From contig NC_087245.1 of NCBI RefSeq assembly GCF_037042905.1, forward strand, positions 20,710,001 through 20,774,000: 64,000 bases of DNA. Direction: 5' to 3'. Shown piece by piece: positions 25,968 to 40,700 of the stretch (position 1 is its first letter; every line of letters begins with the position of its first letter). The notes beneath the pieces were generated by a model, which was not told the DNA's origin, searched no databases, and was given only the letters and a program-made list of their open reading frames with translations. Source of the stretch: Lytechinus pictus (lineage: Eukaryota). The position numbers and the translations under genes were made by a program.

Positions 25968-26150
25968 AAACTGTTGGTGATGGCGGTGGTGGTGGTTATG
26001 TAGTTGATGGATATGTAGATGATGCTTTCCCTAAGCCTACTGTGGCTTGATGAGCCCAAAATTTTGAAGTGGCCTGATATGGAGTATTGGGAATTTTTTT
26101 AAGTTGCTAGCGAGCGAAGCGAGAGACCACTAATTTCAACATTGTTTATT

Positions 26151-27047
26151 ACAAGTAGAGCGCCTCTTGCAGTCTCGCCTGCATTACGCGATTCAATATA
26201 GCAGTAGTGCTGATTTTGAAAACGACTCCAGAATAATTATTCAAAAAATACCATTCATTATGATAGTAGAATAGTATGTTCATTGAACCTTAAATTACAT
26301 TTGACCTTGATCATGTGACCTAAAACTTGTGTAAGATAATCAGTGATATCTGATTTCCCCTATGCCCACATTTCATGAACTATATAGATCGATAAACTTT
26401 CAAAGTTATGAAGGCAGTTCAAGAAATGCCTCCAGTATGGCCAAAGTTCTTTAACCTTAAATGACCTTTGACCTTGGTCATGTGACCTGAAACTCATCAT
26501 CATGCTCACTGATACCTGATTACTCTTATGTTCAAGTCTTATGAACTAGATCCATGTACACTTACAAAGTTTTGACATTTCAAAAAAATCAAAATTACCT
26601 TGGTATTGATTTCATTTTGATTCTCTAACAATCTAAGTTCATTGACTCTAAATTACTTTTCATCTTGGTAATGTGACCTGAAACTCGCACGGGATGTTCA
26701 GTGGTGCTTTTATCACTCTTATGTCCAAGTTTCATGACCTAGATCCATAAAGTTTTATAGTTATGAAGGCAATTTAAAAAATATTAAAAACAGGTCCAAT
26801 GTTCATTGACCCTAAATGACATTGGACCTTGGCCATGTGACCTGAAACTCTGATAAGATATTTCGTAATGCTTCGTTATACTTGGTAATAAGTTTCATGA
26901 ACTAGGTCCATATACTTTCTAAGTTATTATGACATTTAAAAAACTTAACCTTAGGTTAAGATTAAGATGTCGACGACGCCGCCGCCGCCATCAGAAACGC
27001 GGCGCTTACAGTCTCACTCTTCTATATGCAGGCGAGTCCGGCGAGAC
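26151..27047 (+). mobile_element. Helentron/HINE-like non-autonomous element with tandem core repeats
   Basis: Subterminal inverted repeat gtctcgcctgcat (26172) / atgcaggcgag (27026); recurring tgacc(t)ttgaccttggtcatgtgacctgaaact units; A-run at the 3' end; partial copy on the minus strand at 54560-55202. Confidence 0.6.
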
Positions 27048-28148
27048 AAAAAAAAATCAAATTTTGCGATAGATTTTGACATATATGCAATGATATAAAA
27101 ATTATATATTTCGCCCTTCTCTCTTTCCATTGTCTTCTTGTTTCTTTGTCGTATTTTTTTGTTTGGGGTGGGGGTGGGACAATCGCCCACAAGCCCCCCC
27201 CCCCCCGTCTGTACGCCACTTTAAGCCGGTTGTATAGTGGTTGTGTTTATTGTGATGAATTTTTAGACCAAAAAAGTTTGACAGAAAATTATGCAAAATG
27301 ACAAACTTACACAAATTCATAGCTGGGAATGACAATAAGTGCTAATAAACAGAACACTTTTGACAAGATTACAGTAATTAATTGTCAGTCGATGCTGTAT
27401 TTAATGAAGACACTTTTCATTAATTGACAAAAATACATTACAGTACCGGTATTCCGAGCATTTCTTTGAAGAAGGAGAAGCGGGTAAAAAATGCACATCT
27501 TAACAAAGGAGAGCAAGAATGAAAGCAAAATATTTTTGAAATGTTGGTATTGAATATTTAAGTGTTAAGATATCCAGAGATATATAGACCTATAATTCAG
27601 TTATGAGAATGTTATCAGTCAGCTATCATTTCGCCAATTATTTATAAATGGAGGCAAAAACAATATTTAAAAAAAAAACACGGAATGTGCATAATAATTA
27701 TGATTAACTCAAGATTTACAGCAGAAGTTGAGACCTAAATACAGAGTAACCATATTTATGTATTATAAGACAAAAATGAATGAATGATTCAAGGTGGTGA
27801 AAACTAATAGACCTTGCTTAGGTCCGGAGAGCAATGCCGCCCAAAACGATCAATACCGTTCAAAGTCACAGCACATAAAGCAGAATATGCATATGGAAAA
27901 ACTCAATATAGAATGGGTGGTTAAATGGATATAATGTATGATGGTATTGAGGCATAATACTATCTATCAACCTGATCAACAAACTGCTTGTCATTCAAGG
28001 TCAGATATAGGCAGAGGACTATCCGGCAAACCAAAAGAGACAGACCAAAATAAATCACTGTTTTTGGAAGAATTCCCTCTCACAAATCTTCAGACAAGCA
28101 AACGCAAAATTTAAATGTAAAATAAAAAAGCGGAAAACAAGTATACTA

Positions 28149-30001
28149 CAGTGCGTATCAAAAAAAAGTTTACACTTTGAAAAAGCCCTGGGAATTAAAC
28201 TTGCACATCAATGATGTGGAGCTCATCCGGCATCTCGCAACGAAATTTAACACAATTTTAATTTCAGCCCAGTTGACACTGTAGTGAATTATATTGGTGA
28301 CATAAATTGAGGATATAGAATTGAAATTGATGAAGAAATGACATAGAAGCATTTTTTGTGATCTATGAATAAATTTCATATAAATTAAGCATAATAATTT
28401 TCTAGTCAAAATTTCTTAACTCTGTGTAGGACCTTGGTGAACCTCATGTAGCTCTCAGATGGAACAAAAATAATCAAAATCAATCATCAAATAAATAAAT
28501 AATTTTTGTGAGTTTTGAAAATATATGAATAAATTAGAATATTTAATGAGTTTCAAAATTCTGTGTCGAAATTTTGTATCAGCACCTCGAGCTATCATAT
28601 AAAGCAAACAAAATTGAAATTGATCGACAAATGAAGAAGAAAAAACATTTTCTGTGATTTATGAATAAATTTCACATAAATTAGCATAAATAATTTTCTA
28701 CTGAAAATTTCGAAATTCTGTGTAGAAGGTTGGTGAACCTTATGAAGCTCTACTAGATGAAAGAAAAAAAAATCAAAATCGGTCAACAAATAAAGAAGAA
28801 GCATTTTATGTGAAGTTTTAAAAATATGGATAAATTAATGTCGCATAAATTAGCATCAAAATTGTTCTCATCAAAATTTCAAAATTCTGTTTAGAAGTTT
28901 GGTGAACCTCATAAAGCTCTACCAGATGGAAGCAAAAAATCAAAAATCGGTCAACAAATAATTAAAGAAGAAGCATTTTTTGTGAATTTTGAAAAATGCG
29001 CATAAATTAGCATATTTAATGAATTTCAAAATTCTGTGTAGAAGTTTTGAATCCCCCACCTAGTGCTATCATATAAAGCAAACAGAATTGAAATCGGGCT
29101 TGAAATGGCGAAGAAGCATTTTGAAATTGTGGACAGACGACGGACGCCACTCCACGGCATAAGCTCATTTGGCCCTTCGGGCCGGATGGGCTAAAAATAT
29201 ACAACATGTGGGTAATTTTTTCACATATAATCTTGGGTTTTGGTCTCATCTATCCAATGAAAGTAAAAGTTTTGACAGAATGTTACACTTGAGTGGGCAA
29301 TGTCCATTTTTGCAAAGCTCGCAAAAATCTGTTTGCGCAGAAATGCTCGTTTTCACGCTGTGTGAAAGGGCAAAATAAAACTAACCCTGCGAAACATTTC
29401 TCATACATTTTCCTTGCACTTTTAGTCAATTGAAATAAAACAGATACATTCAAGCATTTTGTATCAATTTTTGCCACCAAAATTTAAATTTCAACACTTA
29501 GTAAGCACAACCTTTACCCTGTTTGTGCCAGCTGGATCTGAGGACATAACTGAATCTGAACATAAGTTTATATCAGACATTTTCAGCATTTAAGCCATTC
29601 ATGTACATCACAGCTCAGTGTAAAGCAAATATCGTCACGATGGCCTCGGTGTGTGGGGGAATGGGGTAGGGCGCAATGCACAATTCGAAGTGTTTTGGGC
29701 AAGGAAACAAGTTAAAATAGGTAGAAGATATCTTTAAATCAATTTCATTAGCTAAATTCCATGTGTTCTTCATTATTAAGGTCTATTTTTATTCGCATAA
29801 CTATTTCTGCGCAAATCATTTTTCACTAAATTTTCAAAAGTAGTGGTGCTCACTCAAGCGGAAATATTTTTCGACTGTTATATCGTCATTTGCTTAAATG
29901 GGTTTGTACCGATGTTAGAATGTGGAAAAATCCTCAGGATATTACAAATGTGTAATTTTACAGGACTTTTTCTAAGTGTAAACTTTTTTTGATACGCACT
30001 G
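28149..30001. mobile_element. Tc1/mariner-like non-autonomous element, interrupted by a HINE-like insertion
   Basis: TIR CAGTGCGTATCAAAAAAA(A)GTTTACACTT / AAGTGTAAACTTTTTTTGATACGCACTG with TA on both sides. Confidence 0.8.
28200..29192 (+). mobile_element. Helentron/HINE-like element nested in the Tc1-like element
   Basis: Subterminal IR agctcatccggc (~28222) / gccggatgggct (29181-29192); terminal hairpin agctcatttggcc-cttcg-ggccggatgggct; gacagacgacggacg tract; diverged ~150-bp core repeats; inserted in an A-run. Confidence 0.65.
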
Positions 30002-31152
30002 TAGTAGTGGATGTCCATCTTCATAACACTCCACCTTCTACCTAAATCGAATAATCATATAATTCTGACAAGATATGAAAGATTAAAAGTATGAATTGCT
30101 ATGGCGATGGTGAAATACAAGCAGGTTGCTGCAGGTACCATACAACGACGCAACACTTAATGCAATTTCAAGGCTCTTATCTGAGATTAACGAATATGAA
30201 ATGGACAAATCCTTGTTTGGGAGACTATTCAAGATTTGCGCATTTTCTATCGAAATTGTGATTTAAAAGGGATGTTACGGTATTACGCTCGAATGCATTC
30301 AACGAGAGAAAGTTCAGTTCGATAAGAGCCTGTGCATGATTAGCAAATTACATGTCTGGCATAGGTTTGAAGATGATAAAAGCAAGGGGCCTTTTAATTT
30401 TGAAGGATACTATGTATTCATTGACCATTAGTGCAGCTTCAAATGGAGGCATTTTGAATGATTTTGTGGATGTACTCAGGGGCGGATCCAGGATTTTCCA
30501 AAAGGGGGGCAAATTTTTTCAGCACCCCCCCCCAAAAAAAAAGGTTTTCAACCACAAATAAAGGATATTTCGTATCTGAAAAAAATTGACAAGCAAAAAA
30601 AAGGGGGGGGGTTCAACCACAAATAAAGGATATTTCGTACCTGAAAATTTTTGACAGGCATAAAAAAAAGGTCTTCAATTTCAAAATCATCGTCATCATG
30701 ATCATCATCATTATCATAATCATTTTCAATTTTATCATCATCATCATCACAATCACTGTCATCATCTTCATTATCACCGTCATATTTATTATCATTATTA
30801 AAATTACTATTATTGTTCTATTTCTATTATGATTTAATTATCATTACTAAAAAAAGAAGGTGCAGCTTAAGTCAGGGTAATAACTGATTTCCTCTGAATG
30901 GGCAACTTGATAAACAGTGCTAAATGCTATAAAATGTTCATTTCCTTTTCTTCTTCTTCTTCATCATCATCATCATCATCATCATCAACATCATTATTGA
31001 ATATTAATGTATTTATGAAAAACGTAATAAATAAAAATTATATATACAACAATCATTAGGAATTTTATCTATCAGGAAATCATATTGAATTAATCAGAAT
31101 TATTTCACATTCATAACAATGTGATTTCAATAAGAAAGATATAGATCATTAA

Positions 31153-31738
31153 AGGACTAGTCCACCCCAACAAAAAGTTAATTTGAATAAAAAGAGAAAA
31201 ATCCAACTAGCATAATACTGAAAATTTCATCAAAATCGGATGTAAAATAAGAAAGTTATGACATTTCTAAGTTTTGCTTAATTTCACAAAACAGTTATAT
31301 GCACATCCTGGTGGGTATGCAAATGAGGAGACTGATGACGTCGTCCACTCACTATTTCTTTTGTATTTTATTATATGAAATAGGGAATATTCTATTTTTC
31401 TCCTCATTGTCGAGTGAAACAACGATTAATTCCTCCCTGAACATGTGGAATGAGCATTGATTAATACTATATGATTCAGTCAAGTTGGTCCTTATTGCCA
31501 AATCCTTAAAAAATGAAATATTGTAAAATTCAAACAATAAAAAACAAAAGCAATAGTGAGTGAGGGACATCATCGACTGTCTCATTTGGGTTGTACATAC
31601 ATGTGAAAAATAAGTAAAACTTTAAAATGTCATAACTTTCTTATTTTACATCCGATTTTGATGAAATTTTCAGTGTTTTGCAAGTTTGATTTTTCTCTAT
31701 TTGTTCAAATCAACATTTTTCTGGGGTGGACTTGACCT
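31153..31738. mobile_element. Kolobok-like MITE (TTAA TSD)
   Basis: TTAA-AGGACTAGTCCACCCCA ... TGGGGTGGACTTGACCT-TTAA; inverted similarity extends over 100 bp. Confidence 0.75.
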
Positions 31739-31847
31739 TTAAGGAGAAAAACAAGTACCGACCAAATCAAGGGTAATGTAATAAACTCACTAGAGTTCTT
31801 ACAAAAGTCTCATGGAATGAATTTCAGAAAGGCATAATTAAATTTAA

Positions 31848-32439
31848 AGGGGAATCCAACCCAAATAAAAACTTGTTTTTATAAGGAAAAGAAAAATCAG
31901 ACAAGTTGATAGGTGGAAGTTTTAACAATATTGCACAAACAGCAAGAAAGTTATGAATTTTTAAAAGTTGTAAATATTGGTAATCACTATACCCATGGAG
32001 ACTTCAAATTGGCCGCATATGGGATGTCATAGTGATGTAAGGCAAGGACATCTCGTCCATGTACTCCAATACATATTATGGCTAAAATGTAATTTTTCCC
32101 AAAAGTTTTATTTCAAATTATATTTTTCTTTCATGACATAAAGCAATATACTACCTGGGTTATATTTAGATTACTGCCCCAGGGGAATGGGTACTTAGGA
32201 GAAAACCACAAATCCCTGATAATAAAGTACATGGCCTATGGGAAAGTTGTCCTTGCCCCTTGTCATAATTTACTTACCCAGTTGCCAATTTGAAATCTAC
32301 ATAGTATTAGTGATCTCAATTTTAAAGCAGCTATAACTTTCTTATTGCTTGTACAATATCTTTCATACTTTCACCATTCTGTTTAATTTATTTTTCTCCT
32401 TTCCAACACAACATTTTATGGCCAAGGCTGGATTCCCCT
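31848..32439 (+). mobile_element. Kolobok-like MITE
   Basis: TTAA-AGGGGAATCCAACC ... GGCTGGATTCCCCT; related deleted copy in the opposite orientation at ~57795-58220. Confidence 0.7.
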
Positions 32440-34621
32440 AAAAAAAAACAGCAGATAAATAACACACACACACAAACACACACAAAAACAGTCATTGGTC
32501 TTATAGGTTCAAGTACATACATATATATTTTCTTCATCTTCCATTGTAAGGCTTAGTCTGTCGGCTGTAATATATTATATATAAAAAATAATCTTGCTAG
32601 ATTTAGAATACTGCACTTGCAAAGCAAAGCCTTGGGCCTTCTAGAAAGATTTATAAACATACTTTATGGTTCTTGACAAGGGTTTCTCTTAAAGCAATTG
32701 CTATATAAAGGTACATCATATTACTTTCAAATAGTATAGAATCAGTATATGAATGTATTTTTTTTTAAACGTGCAACTTAGTTGTCTACAGTACATAGTG
32801 TACAAAAGAACTAAAAACAAAACAAAAAAAATGATTTTTTAAACTTTGCCTTTTGAAATGTCACCAATGAACAATGATAATAAGAACATGATAAAATGTA
32901 TACATGCTTTTCCAGAATAAGCAGAACATCTTTCCTTCAAAAAGCATTTTGCTTAAGCTACCAAATTCATTGATATTGATATCATTTCCTGTCCTCTACT
33001 CCTTCTGGGACACCTCATTGACCTCCATGAAGTGAGAACCTCTCTGTAAAGACCAATGGTCCACAAAACAAAAGTGACTGTTTTTCTGTACTTTATTTCA
33101 GAAGGTCTTTCAACATAAATGTAAAGTTTAAACTTTCAACATAAACTAACACACTTTAAAAAAATGACTGAAATCATTTCTTGTTCCAAAGAACTTGGTT
33201 ATTGGGGGATACATGTAAATGTAAATATAATCAAATCAATTAAGGTAACAGATAATGCAATACTTTTGAGAGTGAGATAATACACACTTGTACTTTACAC
33301 ACTGAAATTACACCTAAGCACACATACCTATATATTTTTCCATGCAGTCTTCATTTTAATTCATCACTTTTAAGCAGTTGGCATGCTAATGTAAGTAGTT
33401 TTCTCTACCAACGTGCCTATCTTGTCCAAAAAATGACAAAGATAAAGTTGTTCAATCATGTTATTCTGGTGGAAGGCTTTGCACACATTGAACAAAGTTT
33501 CTTCAAATTCTGTCAACAGGCATAAAGTCTTGAAGCAGGGCAATTCAAGTTATCTCACTTTCCCATAACCTGACATTCAACTACAATTAAAGTCTTCATT
33601 CCACTTTAAAAATTAAAATGCTTATAACTAAAACTGATGCAAAACCAACTTAGATATAAACAACATCTAAGCAAACCAGACAAGCCAAATTTTATCTACA
33701 ATAATTTAGATTGTTAGACATCACGTATTCTTTTATGTAATCAGAATTAGTAAAAAGTAAACAATGAAGGTAAAACAAGTAGTGAAGTTCAAAACACCAT
33801 ATCCTTATATTGTAGAATTTAAACAAAATACTTGCCAATTATACATACAACTTAAGTTCAATCATAATGATGATGAAAAACCACATCAGTATTACAGAAA
33901 AATTAATCAATTTCAATTCAAATTACTTTAAAGTTAGGTATATCTCAACACTCATAAAACAGAATGAGACACTGCTTTGAATAAAAAGCAAGGAATTAAG
34001 GTTATGATAGATGTTTCACATTTCTATAATGTGACAATAAGTTCTGGGGAAGTTCAAATCTGAAAATAAATTTGTAAAGATTAAAGCAAGATATGGAGGC
34101 AGTGACCTATCAAGCAACTATCATTAAAATATATTGACGTAATCACAGTTTTAGTTTTTTTCATCCTAGCATGAGCATGTATTAAAGACACACCATACAA
34201 ATTACTGTTTCATTTTACCCACTTAAAAAAAAAAAAAAACAATTCAAATAACATTTTATATTTCCTTTCAAGCAAAGATTTCATTTAATATGTATCCTAC
34301 GTATAACCACTAACTAATATGATCAAATGTATCTTTGATGTAACCAAAGTTATTCCTTATCAACATTGATGAGAAAAGAATATTATGAAACCTCACACAT
34401 GTACTGAGAAAAAAAAATTGGAAAGTTTAGAGAAGTTAACAATTTTGATTTGACATATCACATATTAAGACGGACTACTCATTCTTGCTTTAGATTATAT
34501 TGAAACCTTACTTAAAATTCCATTTCATATTTCTACTTCTATTAACTCTTATAATCAGGATTGCTTATGAGAAGATATTGCATAAACCTTACACAACAAT
34601 TGGAGCATTTCTTAAACATCT

Positions 34622-34711
34622 TCAGTGAAGTATAACAGAGATGATTGTAGAAGAAAAGTCAATGATGTCATCTACTGGGATGTGTGTTATCCTTGCTAGA
34701 TGACCGTTGAT
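34622..34711 (-). CDS. CNTD1: CNTD1 coding exon 7 (INGHLARITHIPVDDIIDFSSTIISVILH*)
   Basis: tatttttag acceptor, TGA stop at 34624-34622; 90 nt. Confidence 0.88.
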   Translation of the reverse strand: MNGHLARITHIPVDDIIDFSSTIISVILH

Positions 34712-37700
34712 CTAAAAATAGGTTGAAAATAAATACAAAAATATTAATGTAAAAAATAAAAATAAACTAAAGGATGGATATTTTGATGGGGGGGGGGTTG
34801 ACCTATTCTTCTCAAATGTATTACGTGATAATATGTTACTTGATCAATACCTTTCCTTTCGATGCTGGATGCTCTTTCATCCCTCTTTTTTTTCGCCCTC
34901 TTTCATCTTCATTTCCCTCTACTTTGCAAATCATATAGCCTGTCAACACCTGCACCCAACCCCGACCGTGCCCTAGATAAATACACGCACACATGTGTTA
35001 TAATGCAAAACAGCATATGTGTATGTGCTAATGTGTACTTTTATGATTGTAAATTTTGAGAATTCAGAAAAGAAAAGTAATTACTAAGCCAAACCACAAA
35101 ATCACTTCAATCACTTTGTCCATAGCGGGTAAAAATAAAGTGTACTCAACTTTACTTAGTGTCGAAGTACAAAAAAAAATTATTTCAATTAGCATGCTAA
35201 AACAGTACCCTAAAAATAATTTTTAACAAATCATCAGTGTCAGAAGCAGGGGCTGTCAATCAAGGCAACAGATAACTGTTAAAAACAAAATCCCACTCTC
35301 TCATTTATTTAGTGTACTCACATTAATGACAAATATAGTGCAATTAAGATGATTATGAGTTGCAAATTGCAAATTATATTTCACAAGAGGTTCCCGAACA
35401 ATATAATTCACAATTACACTGTGTTTATGCACGTCTCTGCTGAAAATATAAAAGTACAAGACTATGTAATTATAACATAGTACTGTTTTTTTTCTATTGT
35501 ATCATTAGTTGTTTTGTTTTTATCTGTATTTATTGGTATATTTATCTATTATTTGATTTATTATGGTTATTGATTTTAATCATCATTTTTTTAGGGTGGC
35601 AGGTTATGCATACTTTGATTTCAGTATTATCACATGCCTTTGGATTGATACATATCATGTACATATACCTACCATTTGTGTTGAATTCATATCAATGAAG
35701 TAAGAAGCAGCCCCTATATTGGCTGTTGCTAAAAGCATGCAATCGTTTTCAACTGGCGCAAATTTTGATCTGAAAGAAAAAAAGAGACTATTACGCACCA
35801 ATTTTAATTTCATCTTTAAAAGTGAGGGTCTATCTTAGACCATGCAACAAGATCCCTTTCTATGTTGCAGTGATTTAATTTCAGTTATTTACTCAATTGA
35901 TCAGCAAATATTGTGAGAAACACTTTCATTCAAAACATGAGCGGCAGCACAGAGGATTGTTTTTTTTTAGAGGATGCAACAATAGATGCCCCCCTAAAAA
36001 AATCAATAATATAATCCTTTGCGCTGATGTCCATGGTTCATAAAGTAAATCCTTTTCACTGTTTTCACCAACAGTTAAATTTACACTTCTGTATTTTTGT
36101 CTGCGATAAATCTGATTCCGAAAAGGACACTCTTATACTATCGATGGACGTCAGTCTAGAAAGAGAGGGCAGCAAACACTAGCTATCAGAATGCTCCATT
36201 GCAATAAACTGAATTCCAATTAATGTGACCCACAGGTCTCTGGCATGTAAATTTGGGATGTAAAGATGGACCACTATGCTGGAGTTTCCCCCTGCTCTTA
36301 CACAATGTTTATAATGCAATGAGTTCTTTGCATACAAAATGGTGACTCTCATCTAAATGCATGGGACCTCCATTTAATATCCTATCCAAGGGACAGAGTG
36401 TTTTCCACTGTGTTGGGTACGTAACATTGGTGGTCTTTGATGCATCACTTGACAAATGAATATCATATAGACACTCAAATATCAGACCAGCATCTTTCCC
36501 GCAGGAATCCTGCAATTAGCTTTTCATTACAAATCATCAGTCACCAAAAAAATGGGGATGGCATGAAAGCTGCAATGAAAACACGCATAGCATCTTTACA
36601 GCAGGTTTTCTGCTTAAATAATGATAATAATCCACTTTTATATAGCGCTTAATACATTGGAACGACATGTTTAAGCGCTTTACAGATTTCAGTCAGTTGC
36701 CGGTGAGGTGCACACAGTACTGGACAAGCTACAATGACTTACACATTAAAGACATGGCCTGTGGCAGACTTTTGACAAGTTGTCTCACACAGAAGTTAGT
36801 GAGTGCAGTAAATATTGGTCATTTTGCAAAGGAAAATTATCATTTTTTTTAAATTTCAACTATCAAATTCAGTCTTTCATATATCTATATATCCTTATGT
36901 GTACTTTTCTCTCATTAAGAAGGAATATATTTTTTGAAGGCAGCATGGCCCAGTCAATTTCAGATATAAGATAAGATTGTACGATTTTAATGTCAGTGGG
37001 TTCACGTCCTGCTCATGCCTAAAGATCTCTAACAAAAAAAACAACTAAAGCTGTAGTGTTGTGTGTGTGCCTCACTGCTGTATTCAGTGCAGGTGTGATT
37101 TGAATGCAGTTGAAAAACACATCGGAAAGGATGCAAATGTTGGTCCCGTGTTAAAGAGAGTAAGCAACTTATGCACATTTAATAGAACCAATACACAGAT
37201 GTTCGACCGATGTATTGCACCTGCTGGTCTCCAGCAAAACTCAAAAGTACGAATCTACACAACAAAAAAATGGTCTGTATACATACTAAAAATTAGAGAA
37301 GATATTTCAATATAAATTAGCTAAACTGCCCAAGAATATCTTGCATGTATAAATTAGCCTTCATTCTGAAGCCTGAGGGAGGGAGGGGGGGGGATTGGGG
37401 TGTGACCCATACCTTGTTTGGGGATTGACTGGACTATCTCCGATAGCAAGCTGTAGTAACCTACTGTAGACAAGCTTCCTCTTGATATAGACAACATCAA
37501 GTATCTTCAGACATGTCTCATGGAGAAGCTTGACAGGGGTATCTGGATCATTGTGACCTGCATGGTGTTAATAGAAAAACAAACAAATAAATATTGAGAA
37601 AGGAGTTAGGGGACATTGTAACAAACAATTTTTTTAGGGGCTACTTTTCACAACTTACCATCTGAATATGTGACATTGGATAGGGTTTAAAATTATAACA

Positions 37701-40700
37701 AATAGGGATTTCCAGTGCTACCAGGACTCTTTTTAATATTTGGGGGGCAAAACTGCCCCGAGCCTCTGTATTTTTTCCCTACATGGTAAATTCATGGGAA
37801 AGACATCCCAGCAACAGATTAAGAGAGCATGTCAATAATGTCATTGAAATTGATGGATGTACTTTAAGGGCGTTCCACAGTTAAAATTAATCCCTTATCA
37901 TTTTCACTAAAGTTTGCACAGATTCATTTTAGCACCTTAATATTCCAAATATAAAAAATGAAGTTCATGCACTTGATTTTTTTCTATTCAGCTTGAAGTT
38001 CATCCAATTGGAAATTCTTGAGAAATCGCGCAGTGATAAGAGTTAGGTATTTTATACATTATGAGATAACTGTGTTAAGTCTATACCATATCACTCTGTC
38101 AAGTAATCCATGTAAATTTCATCAAATTTTAAGTATGGTTAAAATTATATACTTAAGATGAAGATTCCATTCATATTGCTATTTGTTTGCTCTTTTAAGG
38201 CAAGCAGCATCTTTCATTTAGAAAAAAATGGTAGGGAAAGGCAAAAAATGTCTCAAACATTTGCAATTTCTATAACAATTTTAAGAACTGAAATGAATGA
38301 TGTGCTTTATTTAAAATCCATATCATTTTAACCACCATTTGTTGGTCTACTAGAGAGGTGTAAACATTATAAAAAAGGTGTTTGTGTGCTTGTTTTCAAA
38401 CAGCTCTTTCATTAGAGCAAATGTGCTTTTAAAATTGCCAAAAATGTGCTATAGGGTTTGTGTCTATGTAAGGAATAATTCCAAGCCACTCACTCATTTT
38501 AATAATCCAACTCAGGGTTATATTTGTCATACTTTGCAGCACTGTAGAGAGTGATGTATTATGAAATTGTAGCTATGCATTTGAAGAATGGGTCCGCGGA
38601 TTATTTTCAGCTATGGCATGGTCACATTTCCCCGTCGAAAACAGTCATTTAAACATTTTTGTACCAGCTACATTATAGGTGGTTTGATTAAAAATTAATA
38701 ACATAGCTTGTTTTGTCTCTCCGTGCCGGCACCAGAGGGGAAATGTGACTGCAGCATAACACATCAGATGAGGAGTAAAGAGTGCAGATCACAGGAAAAA
38801 TCAGCTGATACCTCTCGATGCCGATGCGCATAGCGTAAATTACTATGCGCACATCATGAGCAAAAATATAAAAATGTGTAACGTCCTCAACAGAAAACTT
38901 TATTCTGAATGTGTAATTGTCTACCTTGAGGACGTTTGATGTGATATAATTATTTCAGAAAAACTAAACTGTTTCAAACTTTGATTAAAGTTGCATCTTT
39001 TGGGTATATTGACATACAGTAAAAGAATAAAAGAAGGGGAAAGAGAATGAAATGAATGAATCAGAAAAAAGTGAACTTTACCCATTATCTCAAGCAGAGT
39101 TTCAATATAACCCAAAGGACTTGACACATGAAGTTTATAGTCCAGTGTCTTCATTACTAACAATTCTGAGGTTAAGACTTTGGATGTCTGATAGCGATGG
39201 CCTTTGTCTTGTAATAGCTCAGCACAGCGACGACATGTAACAATCTGATGGAATAAAGAGAAAGATATTTGAAATTAAGAGATAAAAGGTAATGTTACAG
39301 TGTCACCTAATATATCAGATATATGATGAATATTTCATATGTTCCTGAATCCAAAATTTTCATTAAAAAAAGTTTTATTAAAAAAGGCAACAAAACAAAA
39401 AATTATCTGAAACCTTTTTTATAACATTTACGATATCGTAAATAGATTCCCACACCCAACTTAATTGGAAAACATTTGATTGCATAATCATTTCATTGTT
39501 TGAAATCTTCATTGTATTACCATCCAATTGTTTTCAAAGCTATTTTTTAAATTCCATAATGAATGTGAGTAGATAACAGACTTACACTGTAGTGTGAACA
39601 CAGTTTCGAAGCAATTTGAACACAGGACACCATGAAGGGTAGCAATTGTTTACATAGTTTACGAAGGGTGTGTTTCCACTCATCCTGTAGTGATATTTTG
39701 CGTCGTTTAGGTGCAACATGACTCTCTTTTACTTTCTCTTTGAGGTTAGGTATATGGGCTCTCATAAACCTGCAATAAAATACAAAGGAATATTATTGTA
39801 ACAAGCCCAACAATTTCAATTTCTATTAATACTGATCACAATACTGGATGCAATTCTCTTAATCTATTTTTTAATTTACTTATAAGATTATCTATTTATA
39901 CATTATTAATTTCTTCATTCATTCATTCATTCTTTCTTTCATTAATTCATCCATTCATGCATTCATTCATTCATCTGTTCATTCAATCATTCATTTTCTA
40001 GGTTGAATATAATAATTCTATATAATTCATTCATTCATCCATTCATGCATTAATTCATTCATTCTCTAGGTTGAATATAATCATTCTTAAAACCATTTGG
40101 AAAAAGAATATAACCAATATGTATAGTGGACGAAACATATTTTAACAATGTCCTGCTGGTGCTCTTTACAAAGAAGATTGTAATACAGAGCACATGATGC
40201 ATTTTAAGAAGATTCTCTACTAAAGACAAGATGCAACACTGGCTTTTCTTCCATCATTGTAAAAGTTTAAGGCAGTGACGATATATACAGGAGTGGAATT
40301 TCCAAGTCATTGTAAAAACTTTCTAACATAAATCTCTGTGGCATGTCAAGTTGAACTGTTAATAGAGATATTTAGACCAATGAAGAGATGAAAATGGGTT
40401 GAGAATATGGATCTTTAAGGGTTAACCTTTTTCAAACAATTAATAATGATAATATTCCTATTACATATATCAGTACTGCTTAATATATTTAAACGTCTAT
40501 AAGCGCCAAACAGATATATCTGATCCCCAGTCCCAGTCATCTGATCCTAGCAAGTTTGGCATACCCACACACTATGCATGCACTTTCTCCTCTCCCAGGG
40601 GAGCATTCCTTGGCATACTACCAAGAACCCATCTAACGTTTGGGAGAAGAGTGGCAAAGTGTGGATCAACGCCTTGCCAAAGGATGCTATGTCACAGTGG

